A stretch of DNA of 63,884 nt, the filler included, from Octopus bimaculoides (lineage: Eukaryota), in NCBI RefSeq assembly GCF_001194135.2. It is 6 parts of 6 records of this genome, joined end to end, with 100 filler letters (N's around TTAATTAATTAA, not from the genome) between each part and the next. Parts side by side here need not be neighbours in the genome. Positions count along the whole stretch, not along the records: positions 1 to 15,524 come from NC_068990.1; 5 more parts are not named here. The stretch is one strand, 5' to 3'. How positions within the stretch are numbered: position 1 is the first letter of the stretch; every line of letters starts with the position of its first letter. Positions 1 through 12,079 of the stretch are shown piece by piece. Under the pieces are notes generated by a model that was given only the letters and a program-made list of their open reading frames with translations, had not been told where the DNA came from and did no database searches. The position numbers and the translations under genes are program-made.

Positions 1-465
1 CATAGGTCTTTTATAAGCTTCATGTGTGTGTGTTGATGCCTTATCAAAAATTTTTTACGTTACATTGAAAGGATGGATGTCATTCTCTTTCAATTCCCAG
101 GCGTGCTTTGCAAGACTAGACGCTGTCCTGTTCTCGGGGTATCGGAAGGAATATCGGTGGGAACAGAATCGAGTCTTGAATGAATTTTCTGAAGCCCCTG
201 TATATGTTTTATATTCATGCGAGCCATTTATTTGTATATTGGCTCTATAAACAATACCTTTTTCAAGACATTTTCCTTCTAACGGACAGCACTTCTCACC
301 TTTGAAGTTACAATTCCTTAGATTAGATTCGGCACTGTAGTTGTCTGTAATAAGTTTTGTATTGTGCTGGCTAATAAGAGGCGAAGTTTTTGCAACAAGA
401 ATAGCTAACCTTCAGCGTTCTTCCATTAAATATTCTATAGAACTTATGGCTAGGTTGAAACTCTC
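1..465 (-). mobile_element. Penelope-like retroelement fragment, Naiad/Chlamys-like, C-terminal region plus GIY-YIG endonuclease (frameshifted)
   Basis: Minus-strand translation gives HKFYRIFNGRTLKVSYSCCKN, then after a frameshift ISQHNTKL...NCNFKGEKCCPLEGKCLEKGIVYRANI...KTYTGASENSFKTRFCSHRYSFRY...SLAKHAWELKE. This matches the KIFNxNTxKVSYSC / CPLxGxCL..IVYxA / YxGxxE..FKxRxxxH motifs of this PLE group. Confidence 0.8.
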
Positions 466-1514
466 ATATATATATGTATATATATATATATATGAGAGTT
501 TCGTTCTTTACTTGTTTAACTGATAATTGATATGGCGGAAACTCTCGGTCCTTGAGTCACTTTTATAAGTTTAGCAGGATAAAAACGCTTAAATTCCTGC
601 AGGTACGCCACAAAATTTAAAATGTCAACCGACAAAATATCGTATGGGTAAGACGTTTCGACTTTCGAAATATTTTTGACTGTCGCATTTGGATTTGACT
701 TTACACGTACTAACATATACAAACACACACAAATACACACACACGCGCATATGCACACACACATGCACACACACACATACAAGGTGAAACTTATGATCCT
801 GGTCAACCGTAATATGGTTAATAAACATATGATCCTATAAAACCTAGTACTCTTCTGTTAATACGTTCTATTACTTAACAACACTAATTGTTACAAACAT
901 ACAAAAACGAATACATTTACTTACACTTCTAAGTACACATACATTTACACGCGCATCACATATACATACACACATACAATGTATGTGTGTGTCTATATGT
1001 ATATATATATCTATATTAGGGACGTGTCGCCTAGGTAGGCAAGGTAGACAGTGCTTACCTTGAATAAAATAGATCGATAGCAACATTTTCCTTTTATCGC
1101 AAAATATGGAATTAATTCAATAAAATTATGAATGTTACTCTGATTACTACGCATAAAATGCAAAATGTTAAAATTTTTTGTAGATTAGGTAGGCATAATT
1201 CGCCCTGCCTTTCAATCTCAGTATTTAAGCTACACATAGTACTGCTGTAGTACACGTGCTGCGTAAACTCCTACAACACCGTTTTTTTTACCTACTATAA
1301 AGGTAGAAGTATATCTGCCTTCAACTCAGTAGCGCTTATTTTTTGTCACCAACTGTAATTACTGACGGCACGTGCCTGATATNNNNNNNNNNNNNNNNNN
1401 NNNNNNNNNNNNNNNNNNNNNNNNNNNNNNNNNNNNNNNNNNNNNNNNNNNNNNNNNNNNNNNNNNNNNNNNNNNNNNNNNNNNNNNNNNNNNNNNNTAT
1501 ATATATATATATAT

Positions 1515-1563
<49 letters not shown>

Positions 1564-1813
1564 TGAGGCAGCTAGTTAGCTGAGTTTCACCAAAAGGAAA
1601 CCAATAAGCGTCATTAAATATGACTGAGGGTGTTAGAACACATACACTGCTAGAAATAAGAGCTATATGACTCTGTTACTGCTGTCAATGCACATATAAT
1701 TGTATACATACATGGGGCAGCGACCATAGATCGCAGACACATACATGCCGACAGCGGCCGGAAACTGGCGAATATGTGTATGTATTTATTTGTGTGTTTC
1801 TATATTTTTTATG

Positions 1814-2166
1814 TGTGTGATTTGTAGGAGAAAATACTTGTGTCATGCAGGTCTGGTCAGCCATCAAAGAAGTCACAGGAATCAACCCCTTGTAAATTGT
1901 GGTACGGCTATTTTCGATTACAGAATATGCGTAGCGTGTGGAACGGCGTGCTGTTCAGCTGGAAGATTAAAGAGACCTGTCAAGAGACTTCATGCTGTGG
2001 CACATGTTCCTTCTGCTAACCAACATAACTGTGCCTTATGCAATAAAATGTGCAAATCTTTGATAGGGTTCAAGTATCATATAAGGGCCTCATTTTGCAT
2101 TATCATTGATTCATTTGCAATGATTCTTTTTAGGAATGGCTTTGCTCGTATACGAGAAAGCAGCCA

Positions 2167-2170
<4 letters not shown>
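1814..2170 (+). mobile_element. Probable RTE-type LINE 3' end encoding three C2H2-like zinc fingers
   Basis: ORF 1745..2218 contains CVIC-x12-HQRSH, CVAC-x12-P-x4-H and CALC-x12-HIRA (a 1-nt insertion hides the last H). There are no TGEKP linkers, and the segment ends in gccacta followed by (TA)n(TG)n. Confidence 0.55.
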
Positions 2171-2216
<46 letters not shown>

Positions 2217-2364
2217 AATATTTTGGACTAATGGGTATATGTCGATTAGTGTATTGAAGTGTTGAGTAGAGCACTGGTATAGTTTGGGCTACGTGGTGTC
2301 ATCCTCAGTTGGGGTATATTTCCGTTGGATCTACTGCAGGTACCCTGCAGTGTTAAGTAATCTA

Positions 2365-2653
2365 TATTTTGTACAACGGTCGTTTCGACCCATCCTGCTA
2401 CTTTCCCTTATGGGTGGGACTCCATTCAACATGTTGTGTTGCATCCATTTTGCAGTTTGGGTCACATCAGGTACATTCATATATAAAGTGGTGTCTCGCT
2501 AAAGATCCTGAGTTTCGGTGGTCATGTTGTTATATGCCCGTCGAGTATTATGCATGGATGTACCTTATGTGACTAAGACTGAAAAATGTTGAACATAGTC
2601 TCACCCATAAGGGACAGTAGCAAGATGGGTCAAAATGATCGTTGTACAAAATA
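2365..2653. mobile_element. MITE with ~55-65 bp TIRs and TA target duplication
   Basis: 2367-2421 (ttttgtacaacggtcgtttcgacccatcctgctactttcccttatgggtgggact) is a near-perfect reverse complement of 2597-2651; TA lies at 2365-66 and 2652-53. Confidence 0.8.
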
Positions 2654-2698
2654 AAAATTAATACCGAATCCATCTTCTGGTTACTTATTCAGTTATCA

Positions 2699-2729
<31 letters not shown>

Positions 2730-2843
2730 CATACATACATACANNNNNNNNNNNNNNNNNNNNNNNNNNNNNNNNNNNNNNNNNNNNNNNNNNNNNNNNN
2801 NNNNNNNNNNNNNNNNNNNNNNNNNNNNNNNNNNNNNNNNNNN

Positions 2844-2919
2844 CCAAGGTGCCACGCAGTGGGACTGAACCCGGGACCATGTGGTTCGTAAGCCTGCTAC
2901 TTACCACACAGCCACTCCT
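2844..2919 (-). mobile_element. tRNA-derived SINE family A, 5' head
   Basis: Reverse complement aggagtggctgtgtggtaagtagc...ggttcagtcccactgcgtggcaccttgg has A/B-box-like motifs and is homologous to 13085 and 15361. Confidence 0.75.
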
Positions 2920-3062
2920 ACGGTTATGTTTGTTTTTAACAAAATATATATAGGTAGATAGATAGATAGATAGATAGATAGATACATACATACATACATA
3001 CATATATATGTACATATAGACATATATATATACGTATGCATGTTTTTGTGTGTGTGAATATT

Positions 3063-3100
<38 letters not shown>

Positions 3101-3835
3101 CATATATACATATTTTTGTGATGTAATACAGAATAAAATGTATCAACACGAGTTGCAAAAAATGTTGATGATAATAATGACGACGACGACATCGATGATG
3201 TTAAGGTTGGAAAATCACCTACATATGTATGAAATGTATTATAAGTATGGAAAACTTTCAAAGACTAATGGTAGTCACCTTTTTTCCATGCCATGATAAA
3301 TTAGGAAGCTAATTCCATGTTTTGAAGTTCTTCGAAGATAATTCCATACCTTTGGAAACAAAATGTTTTTCAGCAAATTGGTCCGTTCTAGACAGTGACT
3401 GAATGCCTTATGCTTCTGGTTTTTAAAGACGAGTTTCTATACTTTTTACATCACCCGATGAGATATACAGTCCTCGAAACGGAATTAAAAGCCGAACACT
3501 TTTAACTGGATAATTTCACGCTTAATACCTTCATATCGTTTATCAGAATTCAATTCTTTCCGCTTACTCCTTCACTATTTATGGACATAAATGACCAATT
3601 TTTATGAATATTCGTTGCGCGTGCAAGGGTCCAGTTCTTTTACTTTTTCTGTTTTTGAAAGTCTGATGGCATTAGGTGTAAGTTAGGAATAAGTCCACGA
3701 AAATGAAAATTTATAAAATATACATAAATACATAAATACATTTATTGGTATAAAAGTGCTTGTAAACATTTAAGTAATTAATTTCGGGTATACATGTGTG
3801 CGCATTTATATATGTATATATGTACGCATACATGT

Positions 3836-4451
3836 GGAGGTGCAATGGCCCAGTGGTTAGGGCAGCAGACTCGCGGTCATAGGATCGCGGTTTCGATTCC
3901 CAGACCGGGCGTTGTGAGTGTTTATTGAGCGAAACCACTTAAAGCTCCACGAGGCTCCGGCAGGAGATGGTGGCGAACCCTGTTGTACTCTTCCACCACA
4001 ACTTTCTCTCACTCTTACTTCCTGTTTCTGTTGTGCCTTTAATTCAAAGGGTCAGCCTTGTCACACTGTGTCACGCTGAATATCCCCGAGAACTACGTTA
4101 AGGGTACACGTGTCTGTGGAGTGCTCAGCCACTTGCACGTTAATTTCACNNNNNNNNNNTGAGCGAAACCACTTAAAGCTCCACGAGGCTCCGGCAGGAG
4201 ATGGTGGCGAACCCTGTTGTACTCTTCCACCACAACTTTCTCTCACTCTTACTTCCTGTTTCTGTTGTGCCTTTAATTCAAAGGGTCAGCCTTGTCACAC
4301 TGTGTCACGCTGAATATCCCCGAGAACTACGTTAAGGGTACACGTGTCTGTGGAGTGCTCAGCCACTTGCACGTTAATTTCACGAGCAGGCTGTTCCGTT
4401 GATCGGATCAACTGGAACCCTCGACGTCGTAAGCGACGGAGTGCCAACAAA
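3836..4451 (+). mobile_element. tRNA-derived SINE family C (224 bp duplicated by an assembly artefact)
   Basis: A-box tggcccagtgg, B-box ggtttcgattcc, and a 3' tail with two hairpins. 3926-4149 is repeated identically at 4160-4383 across a 10-N gap. Confidence 0.75.
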
Positions 4452-5504
4452 ACACAATGCATACATACACACACACACATATAAATGTATTTGTTTATTT
4501 ATTTGTGTTCTACGTCCCTGTTTTTGTATTTTGCCACGGACATAGTTACCATTTACAAAACAAACGTTGTATTAACAGTGGACTTAGTAGAAACTTTAGA
4601 CGCATTTTTTGCCCTTCATTTTATTTCACAAAATTCAAACCTCTTTTACTTCATAAACCGATAAAATATAATGAATATTGGATATATATATCAATATATA
4701 CTCAATACATTAACTCTCAAACCATATTATATTAAAAATCACTTCTATGTATATGAGAGTAAATATGGGTTTGTATTTGTTGAGAATATTTTTAAAATTT
4801 CAAGTTTATAAGTACATCTCACCCTCTTCACTCTTCCTTTTGCTTTCTCTCTCTCTCTCTTTCTCTATTTATCTATTTATCTATCTCTATTTCTAGCTCA
4901 ACTTTTACTTCTTTATATACTTCTGCTCCATCGTCTTGCTTCTCCCAGTTTATCTTTCTTTATCGTACTTTACGTTATTTATTTCTCTGCTGCCCTGCAG
5001 TTCTCAGTCATTTCTCAGTGAGCCGTGGGTGTGGCACTATGATAATATGGGATGCATTTTAAAACGGTTTCTTGCTTATCTTTCAGTTGATGCATTTTAT
5101 TGTATGCATTTTGCGAACGATTGTGTTGTTAATTATCCGTTTACAANNNNNNNNNNNNNNNNNNNNNNNNNNNNNNNNNNNNNNNNNNNNNNNNNNNNNN
5201 NNNNNNNNNNNNNNNNNNNNNNNNNNNNNNNNNNNNNNNNNNNNNNNNNNNNNNNNNNNNNNNNNNNNNNNNNNNNNNNNNNNNNNNNNNNNNNNNNNNN
5301 NNNNNNNNNNNNNNNNNNNNNNNNNNNNNNNNNNNNNNNNNNNNNNNNNNNNNNNNNNNNNNNNNNNNNNNNNNNNNNNNNNNNNNNNNNNNNNNNNNNN
5401 NNNNNNNNNNNNNNNNNNNNNNNNNNNNNNNNNNNNNNNNNNNNNNNNNNNNNNNNNNNNNNNNNNNNNNNNNNNNNNNNNTATATATATATATATGGGG
5501 GATG

Positions 5505-5717
5505 CCTGTGTCCCCATCAGCACTCGATAACTGGTGTTGGTGTTGACTACTTAACGGTTCGGCAAAAAAAAGAAAAAAAATAGAATAGGTACCATGCTTT
5601 AAAAAAAATAAGTCCTCAGATCGATTTGTTTAACTAAAACACTTCAAGGTGGTGCTCCAGCATACTCCCAGTCAAATGATTGAAACAAGTAAGCAAGTAA
5701 AAGATAAAAGATAAAAT
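5505..5717 (+). mobile_element. SINE family A, 3' part
   Basis: cggttcggcaaaa...tagaataggtac...ggtggtgctccagcat...caaatgattgaaacaagtaa(aagat)n, homologous to 26177-26500. Confidence 0.7.
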
Positions 5718-6489
5718 ATATGCGTATGTGTGTGTATGTATGAATGCACGTATGTATGTCAGCTATGACGCAGTCGGGATAAACTTTGGTTAAAACAGCC
5801 ATCTATATAGCACACTTAATGTATACGTAAGAAATGCCTATCGTAGTAACTGGCCTATCGACAGTCTGAGTACATTAAATATGATATAGATGGCTATTTT
5901 AATTAAATACTGTGGACTAAACATTCATCCACATTTGAATTGCCTATAACGGGTTTTTAATCAGTCAGGCAGCTCTTCGCATCATCATTCGATGTTTACA
6001 CTTATTCGTATATCAGCGGATATAAATTCGCATCCGACCACATGGATGATTGCGAGTATGCACCATTGACAAGGCTCAAAAAGGTTGAATCGCATCTGGC
6101 GCTCACGCTGGCTGCTGCTTTGACGAATGCTTGTCTCTCGCTCTTTGGGGTTAATTGTGTTTTTAATGCAGCAAGTCCATATGAAATGTTATCTCTGGAC
6201 AAATACTGCCAGTCGAGAGTCTGTATACATTTAGCATGATACAAAGGTGAGTATATTTGTGTGTTCACGTGTGTCTGTATGTATGGAATTATATGTATAT
6301 TTGTGTATATGTGCGGGTGTGTATATAATTGTGTGTCGTGTATGTATAAATATTTCGTACATACATAATACATACATACATACATACAGACAGACATACA
6401 TACACACATACATACATACATACATACATACATACGTTCAGATATGCTTGCATGCCTCCATGATAACTAAATACATAAATTTTTGTCCC

Positions 6490-6710
6490 GTGAAGACTGA
6501 AATAAAATTCAAGAATACCAGACCAGACATAATGATCTGAAACAGAGGAAAGAAATTATGCTGCTTAGCAAATGTTAACATAATGCTGAACATTAATGAA
6601 AAAGAAAGCATTTATCCCAAGCTGAAGAAAAATCCTTAGATACTCTGACATGACTACAATTTTAGATTTCTACCCATAATTATTGGAGCGCTTGTTATGT
6701 GACTAAAAGG
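6490..6710 (+). mobile_element. R4/Dong-like LINE fragment, restriction-like endonuclease region
   Basis: VKTEIKFKNTRPDIMI*...NINEKESIY...YNFRFLPIIIGAL, with the RPD and EKExxY motifs; homologous to 8470 and 26850. Confidence 0.7.
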
Positions 6711-6841
6711 AACAGAGCCAATCTTGAGAAGCTACGTTTTACAAAGGCATGAAGTACAAACATAGTCAAGTAATTGCAGCCGAAAGCCATCAATGCCACT
6801 ACTAAATTATGCAACACAGTCAAGAATTTTGGTGTGTGATA

Positions 6842-6886
<45 letters not shown>

Positions 6887-7226
6887 NNNNNNNNNNNNNN
6901 NNNNNNNNNNNNNNNNNNNNNNNNNNNNNNNNNNNNNNNNNNNNNNNNNNNNNNNNNNNNNNNNNNNNNNNNNNNNNNNNNNNNNNNNNNNNNNNNNNNN
7001 NNNNNNNNNNNNNNNNNNNNNNNNNNNNNNNNNNNNNNNNNNNNNNNNNNNNNNNNNNNNNNNNNNNNNNNNNNNNNNNNNNNNNNNNNNNNNNNNNNNN
7101 NNNNNNNNNNNNNNNNNNNNNNNNNNNNNNNNNNNNNNNNNNNNNNNNNNNNNNNNNNNNNNNNNNNNNNNNNNNNNNNNNNNNNNNNNNNNNNNNNNNN
7201 NNNNNNNNNNNNNNNNNNNNNNNNNN

Positions 7227-7261
<35 letters not shown>

Positions 7262-7759
7262 TACATACATACATACATACATACAACGTCCTATATTAGA
7301 ATTTAGCTGCCTAATGCACAGCACCGCGGGATCGAACCGCACACTGAGAGGGACGTGGCTGCAAAGCGAATTTCACAAATGCACGAAGAAATCTTGCTTT
7401 GGAATTAGCTACTTATAAAATTACCTACAATTTTTTTTTTTTAGCTTGTCAACGGAAGAAACAGCTATGATGGAGCCTATCATAATTCAAAATCTTTGCA
7501 CTTAGTGTTTCACGAAGGCCTTATCATATTTACTGGCCTACTTCTTTGACATAAAAAAGAAGGTCAGCCTATTCAAGTAAGTTCTCAGTGAACATGACTT
7601 TATGTATGGTATACATAGCCACACCTACCAAAACGATCTCCCAAACAATGATGTTGGCAGACAAGGCCTTTCAGCTTCCATATTGAACAATGCCTATTTA
7701 ACTTCAGAAACAGTCTGCGTTTGGGAATTAAGAAGTTTATGGCAAATGAGAAGGATGTT

Positions 7760-7907
7760 ACTTTTTTCAGTCATGGCAATGCGGCCATGCAGGAGCAACA
7801 CCATGAATAGTTTTAATCCAGCAAATAAAGTATGGTACTTATTTTTTCGGTCTCTCTTGGCGAACCGAAAACAGGGACGTTAACAAACCAACAAGCGGTA
7901 GTGGGGA
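7760..7907 (-). mobile_element. SINE family A, 3' part, degenerate
   Basis: ttttcagtcat...gcggccatgcaggagcaacacc and ggtacttattttttcggtctctcttggcgaaccg are the reverse complement of the family A tail. Confidence 0.6.
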
Positions 7908-8305
7908 CCCGGCAAATTTAATGGCCTACACATTCACCCATATATATTTGTCTATGTCTATTACATGTGTGTGTGCGTATGTATGTATATATATATATAT
8001 ATANNNNNNNNNNNNNNNNNNNNNNNNNNNNNNNNNNNNNNNNNNNNNNNNNNNNNNNNNNNNNNNNNNNNNNNNNNNNNNNNNNNNNNNNNNNNNNNNN
8101 NNNNNNNNNNNNNNNNNNNNNNNNNNNNNNNNNNNNNNNNNNNNNNNNNNNNNNNNNNNNNNNNNNNNNNNNNNNNNNNNNNNNNNNNNNNNNNNNNNNN
8201 NNNNNNNNNNNNNNNNNNNNNNNNNNNNNNNNNNNNNNNNNNNNNNNNNNNNNNNNNNNNNNNNNNNNNNNNNNNNNNNNNNNNNNNNNNNNNNNNNNNN
8301 NNNNN

Positions 8306-8344
<39 letters not shown>

Positions 8345-8469
8345 TATCTTTAAGTATATTTGTCACTTAAATGTGGCTAACCCTTAAGGGTGGATGCTAC
8401 TGTAGCTTGTAGCCCCAGGAGGACACCTCCTCCAGCTAGCTATTGATACACTTTCTGTGCCCTATCAGT

Positions 8470-8682
8470 ATTTGCAAACGGAAGAGAAACTGCCCCGCAG
8501 ATGTTAACATAAAGCTGAAGATCACTGAAAAAGAGAATAACTACATTGAACTACTGAGAAATCTGCAGTTCCTCTATCTATATTGTTGATGTTGAAATTC
8601 CAATGAAAGAGCCTTGAATCTAGGTTAGAAGCCGACTCTTTCTCTACTGGCAAGAAATCTTCAAATAAAACTGAACAATGAC
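8470..8682 (+). mobile_element. R4/Dong-like LINE 3' end (endonuclease remnant plus 3' UTR)
   Basis: DVNIKLKITEKENNYIELLRNLQFLY; 8582-8682 is the reverse-complement homolog of 26594-26695. Confidence 0.7.
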
Positions 8683-8715
8683 ATACATACATACATACAT
8701 ACATACATACATACA

Positions 8716-8812
8716 TACGACGGGCGTGTTTCAGCTTCTGTCTATCAATTCCACTTATAAGGCTTTAGTCGACTTAGGCCAATAGTAGAAAACACTTTCC
8801 TGAGATGACATG
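8716..8812 (-). mobile_element. SINE family A, middle part
   Basis: tacgacgggc...tttcagcttctgtctatcaattccacttataaggctttagtcgac, homologous to 45921-45988. Confidence 0.6.
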
Positions 8813-9127
8813 TGCTGATAAATACCACAAGGATTACCAACGACATTAGCCTGTTGATAAATCCTGAAATTCTCACCTAATTTTTATCGGATCCCCAACA
8901 ACAGTACCGAATATACGAGCTAACGAAGTAGCCCATAGTAGCTGAAAAATTGGAGCCAGCTTTTCCTCAAATCAATTTCTCGGCTAGATAGGACGCTATT
9001 CTCCCACACGTTTAGAACTCACGATTTCGAACTACTACTGTATATAAAGTATATAGAGTATGATAACAAGAGTCTACCTCTAACTTCATCATCATTGCCA
9101 ACAACAGAAATACGACAAAAACAGATG

Positions 9128-9203
<76 letters not shown>

Positions 9204-9439
9204 TTATATATGCCACAGGAGAACATGATGTCTCGTGACACATTTTGAAGCATTGGATAAGAAAAAACTTTTCCATTAAACTCGAAGCTGGTCGTATTTT
9301 GCAGCTTCTAAGAAACATGCATGCATGCATGTATGTATGTATGTATGTATGTATGTATGTATGTATGTATGTATGTATGTATGTATGTACGTACATACGT
9401 ACGTATGTATGTATGTATATATGTATGTATGTATGTATG

Positions 9440-10935
9440 TAGAAGATCAGCTTTAATGCATATTAACAAGCCATGTTCCAAAGATCTCAAATTAAGACTG
9501 ATTGCAGCAAGCCTGTCTGTGAAACACATAGACTATGTAACTTTATTGATATATTCCTAAACATCGTTCTTAAACATATATCCTGCTTCATAAGAGCTGA
9601 CATAAACTTTCTACGCTATCTTTCGAATAAAACCCACGAAAGACTGTATCATATGATGTAGTACATGTCTACACCACGATTTCACATGAATACGAAGTAG
9701 AATCTATAAAATTCTGGTTGGAAAAGCAGCCCACCTGAACGAATTAAGAAAAGATTTATCATTGAAGGATGAATTCATCCTACAAAATAACTTTTTCCGT
9801 TTGAATCACAACATCTAAAAATAGTTATCGGGGACTACACTGGTCACGAAAATAGCTCCCGCATTTGTAAATCTGGTTACGGCATACTTAAAAGTATGCC
9901 ACGTATACAAGCATTTCAGATTAAAATTCTTCCATAAATACCTATTCACCAGCTGAACGATTGTTTCATCCTGTGGACACGCAAATTGGATCAATGCTAT
10001 GAGTTTAAAACTCTAATAAATAGCATATATAACAGTATCCAATTTGCAATGGAATATAATTAAAAAGCAACTACTCTATTTAGACATCTTAATCATAAAA
10101 CGAAATACGAATGTTGAACTGACATCCATTTCAAACCAACAGACACACAAACATGCGAAATTATATATACACAACCAAGCACGAAGAATCTGCGAAATTA
10201 TATGCAAATCCAATACCCAAGAGGAACAACTTTAAGAACTGAAAAGTATATTACTCGAATGACAATACCTTATAATCTTAATCAATTACAGAATAGAACG
10301 TATAAAACGATAGACGCACAAGAATTACGAAAAGCAAGAAACATCTCTAGTACACTCAATACTTTACTTCACTAACATACAATTCGAGAACTACAGAAGC
10401 ATACATCATTTGCTAGGGTATTCTATTTTTGGTGAATAAAGGCACTCAAAATACACAAAATTATTATAAGTAAAAGACAACCAGTTATTTTAATAATTAC
10501 AAGCGCCAAACTGCGCACCAAAAATGCAACTTCAGTAGTCCAAAAGTGTAACTATTTACTCTAGTTGTGGGGCCTGCATCAATCTCATTGGGATTTCAGT
10601 GTGTGAATTTAAATCATGAAAAATATTTACCATGAAAGACGTTTCACTTAAGCATTTGCTATTAAATTCAATGGGTGTGATAAAGATTACCTAAGATAAA
10701 TAGTATATAACTGTGAGGCACAAAATGACTAATCACCGTCAACAGATAGGAGACCACACTACCAGAAACATACCCGTTACTAAACAGATCTATACTAGAT
10801 CTATATACAAAACCAAACATCTCAATTACAAAATTTTGTCTTTATATTAATATATTGGGAACACCCTAGCTCAATTCCGGTTACATAAGAAAAATACGCT
10901 TATCAATAAACATAAACTAAAGCTTAATACTTTAT
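9440..10935 (+). mobile_element. Penelope-like retroelement, degraded RT plus GIY-YIG (Neptune/Poseidon-like)
   Basis: Across frameshifts: KPCSKDLKLR..CETHRL, SYDVVHVYTTISH, FWLEK, KIAPAFVNL, DCFILW, IQFAMEY..LLYLDILI, FKPTDT, CGACI, FAIKFNGCDKDY, TVRHKMTNHRQQI, NTLINKHK.KLN. Confidence 0.8.
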
Positions 10936-10986
10936 AACGACATGGATTACGATTTTGGTTGAAATCGGACACTGAGAATAAAAGGG

Positions 10987-11300
10987 AAAACAAGTGATGC
11001 TATTAAGCATTCAACTGACCGAACGTCAGAAAAACAAGTGATGTCTTAAGAGGGTCAGTCAAGTCGAACGCTAAACTGCTGTCAGCCATAAACAACTGAC
11101 GTCCACAGACAGTCAATCAACAAGAACGCTGGACTGTTGTCGGGCAGTAACAAGTGGCCATAACAGATGATAAGCAAATGACGTCCTCAAGCAGTCAGCT
11201 AACCTGAACGCTAGGCCAGAGGAGGACAGAAACAAATAATGTTTTGGGGTAAGTATTCAATCAGGACTTGAACTCTTGGCTTGAAAACTACGTATATAAG
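10987..11300 (+). promoter_or_regulatory. Degenerate ~45-60 bp repeat array with CRE-like cores and a downstream TATA box in the PLE 3' region
   Basis: Four units (10987, 11031, 11090, 11172) share AAxCAAxTGAYG and GAACG, and units 2-4 fit AAxCAA-N-TGAYGTC...GTCA...GAACGCT; TATATAAG lies at 11293-11300. Confidence 0.4.
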
Positions 11301-11821
11301 GCAATGGCAGTTTTAAAATAATTCCACATTCGAACGAGTAAAGCAAGCGATGAACATGGCAGACCACGTCATTTTTTTTTCTTACACTTTAAAATCTTCC
11401 TCATGTCATAATTCATAGCCATGAAACTTATTGAGCTCTTAAATTTATAACATTGTTATGAAATTTATCGAACAATTGAACTGTCATTATTTCTTGTTCC
11501 TGCGAAACTTATTGAACGCATAAATTTTGTTATGAAACCTATAAAACATTTAATATTTGAACGTGTTTTATCGCTATAAAATGTTTCTCTTGTGCATTCT
11601 CTTTCAAATTTTCGTCTTACTCTTAATTTACCAAAGACAAACAAAAAGTTGTGAAAGCGGTATAGTATTAGAAATTAAAAAAGAAACGCTAAAATTCATT
11701 TGAAGACCATGCGTATTTTCAACTCCAAAACTAATTTTTTAATATCCTACGTGGAAGTAAACCACTTTTTTTTTCCAATATACACACGCACTCAAACAGA
11801 CTCTCGCGTACACAGACATGA

Positions 11822-11870
<49 letters not shown>

Positions 11871-11881
11871 AACGAAATGCA

Positions 11882-11912
<31 letters not shown>

Positions 11913-12079
11913 GTGTGTGTGCGTGCGTGTATGTGTACGTTTATGTGTGCGTTTGGTTTTACAAACAGGAGAAAGAGAACTGTATGTATGTGTGCGTGAG
12001 TGCGTGTAATTGGACTTATACTTTGTGTATAAGTAAAGTATAAGTACGATTATGCGTATAAATCCATACCCTTGATTCA

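Noticed and set aside
1-465. Selenocysteine recoding in the Naiad-like fragments
   Set aside because: No in-frame TGA at conserved Cys positions in the fragments I could read, and no SECIS recognised.
3455-3505. CCGATGA...GAAACGG hammerhead-like motif
   Set aside because: U4 is mutated, stem II is only 2 bp, there is no UH triplet and no stem I.
3836-3912. tRNA genes
   Set aside because: The A/B-box heads continue into SINE bodies and lack a complete cloverleaf or terminator.
3926-4383. Perfect 224-bp tandem duplication within a SINE
   Set aside because: The copies are identical and separated by a 10-N gap, typical of an unmerged contig overlap.
10987-11215. CRISPR-like repeat/spacer appearance (also 49484-49589)
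   Set aside because: Eukaryotic context, degenerate units with irregular period, no unique spacers and no cas genes.
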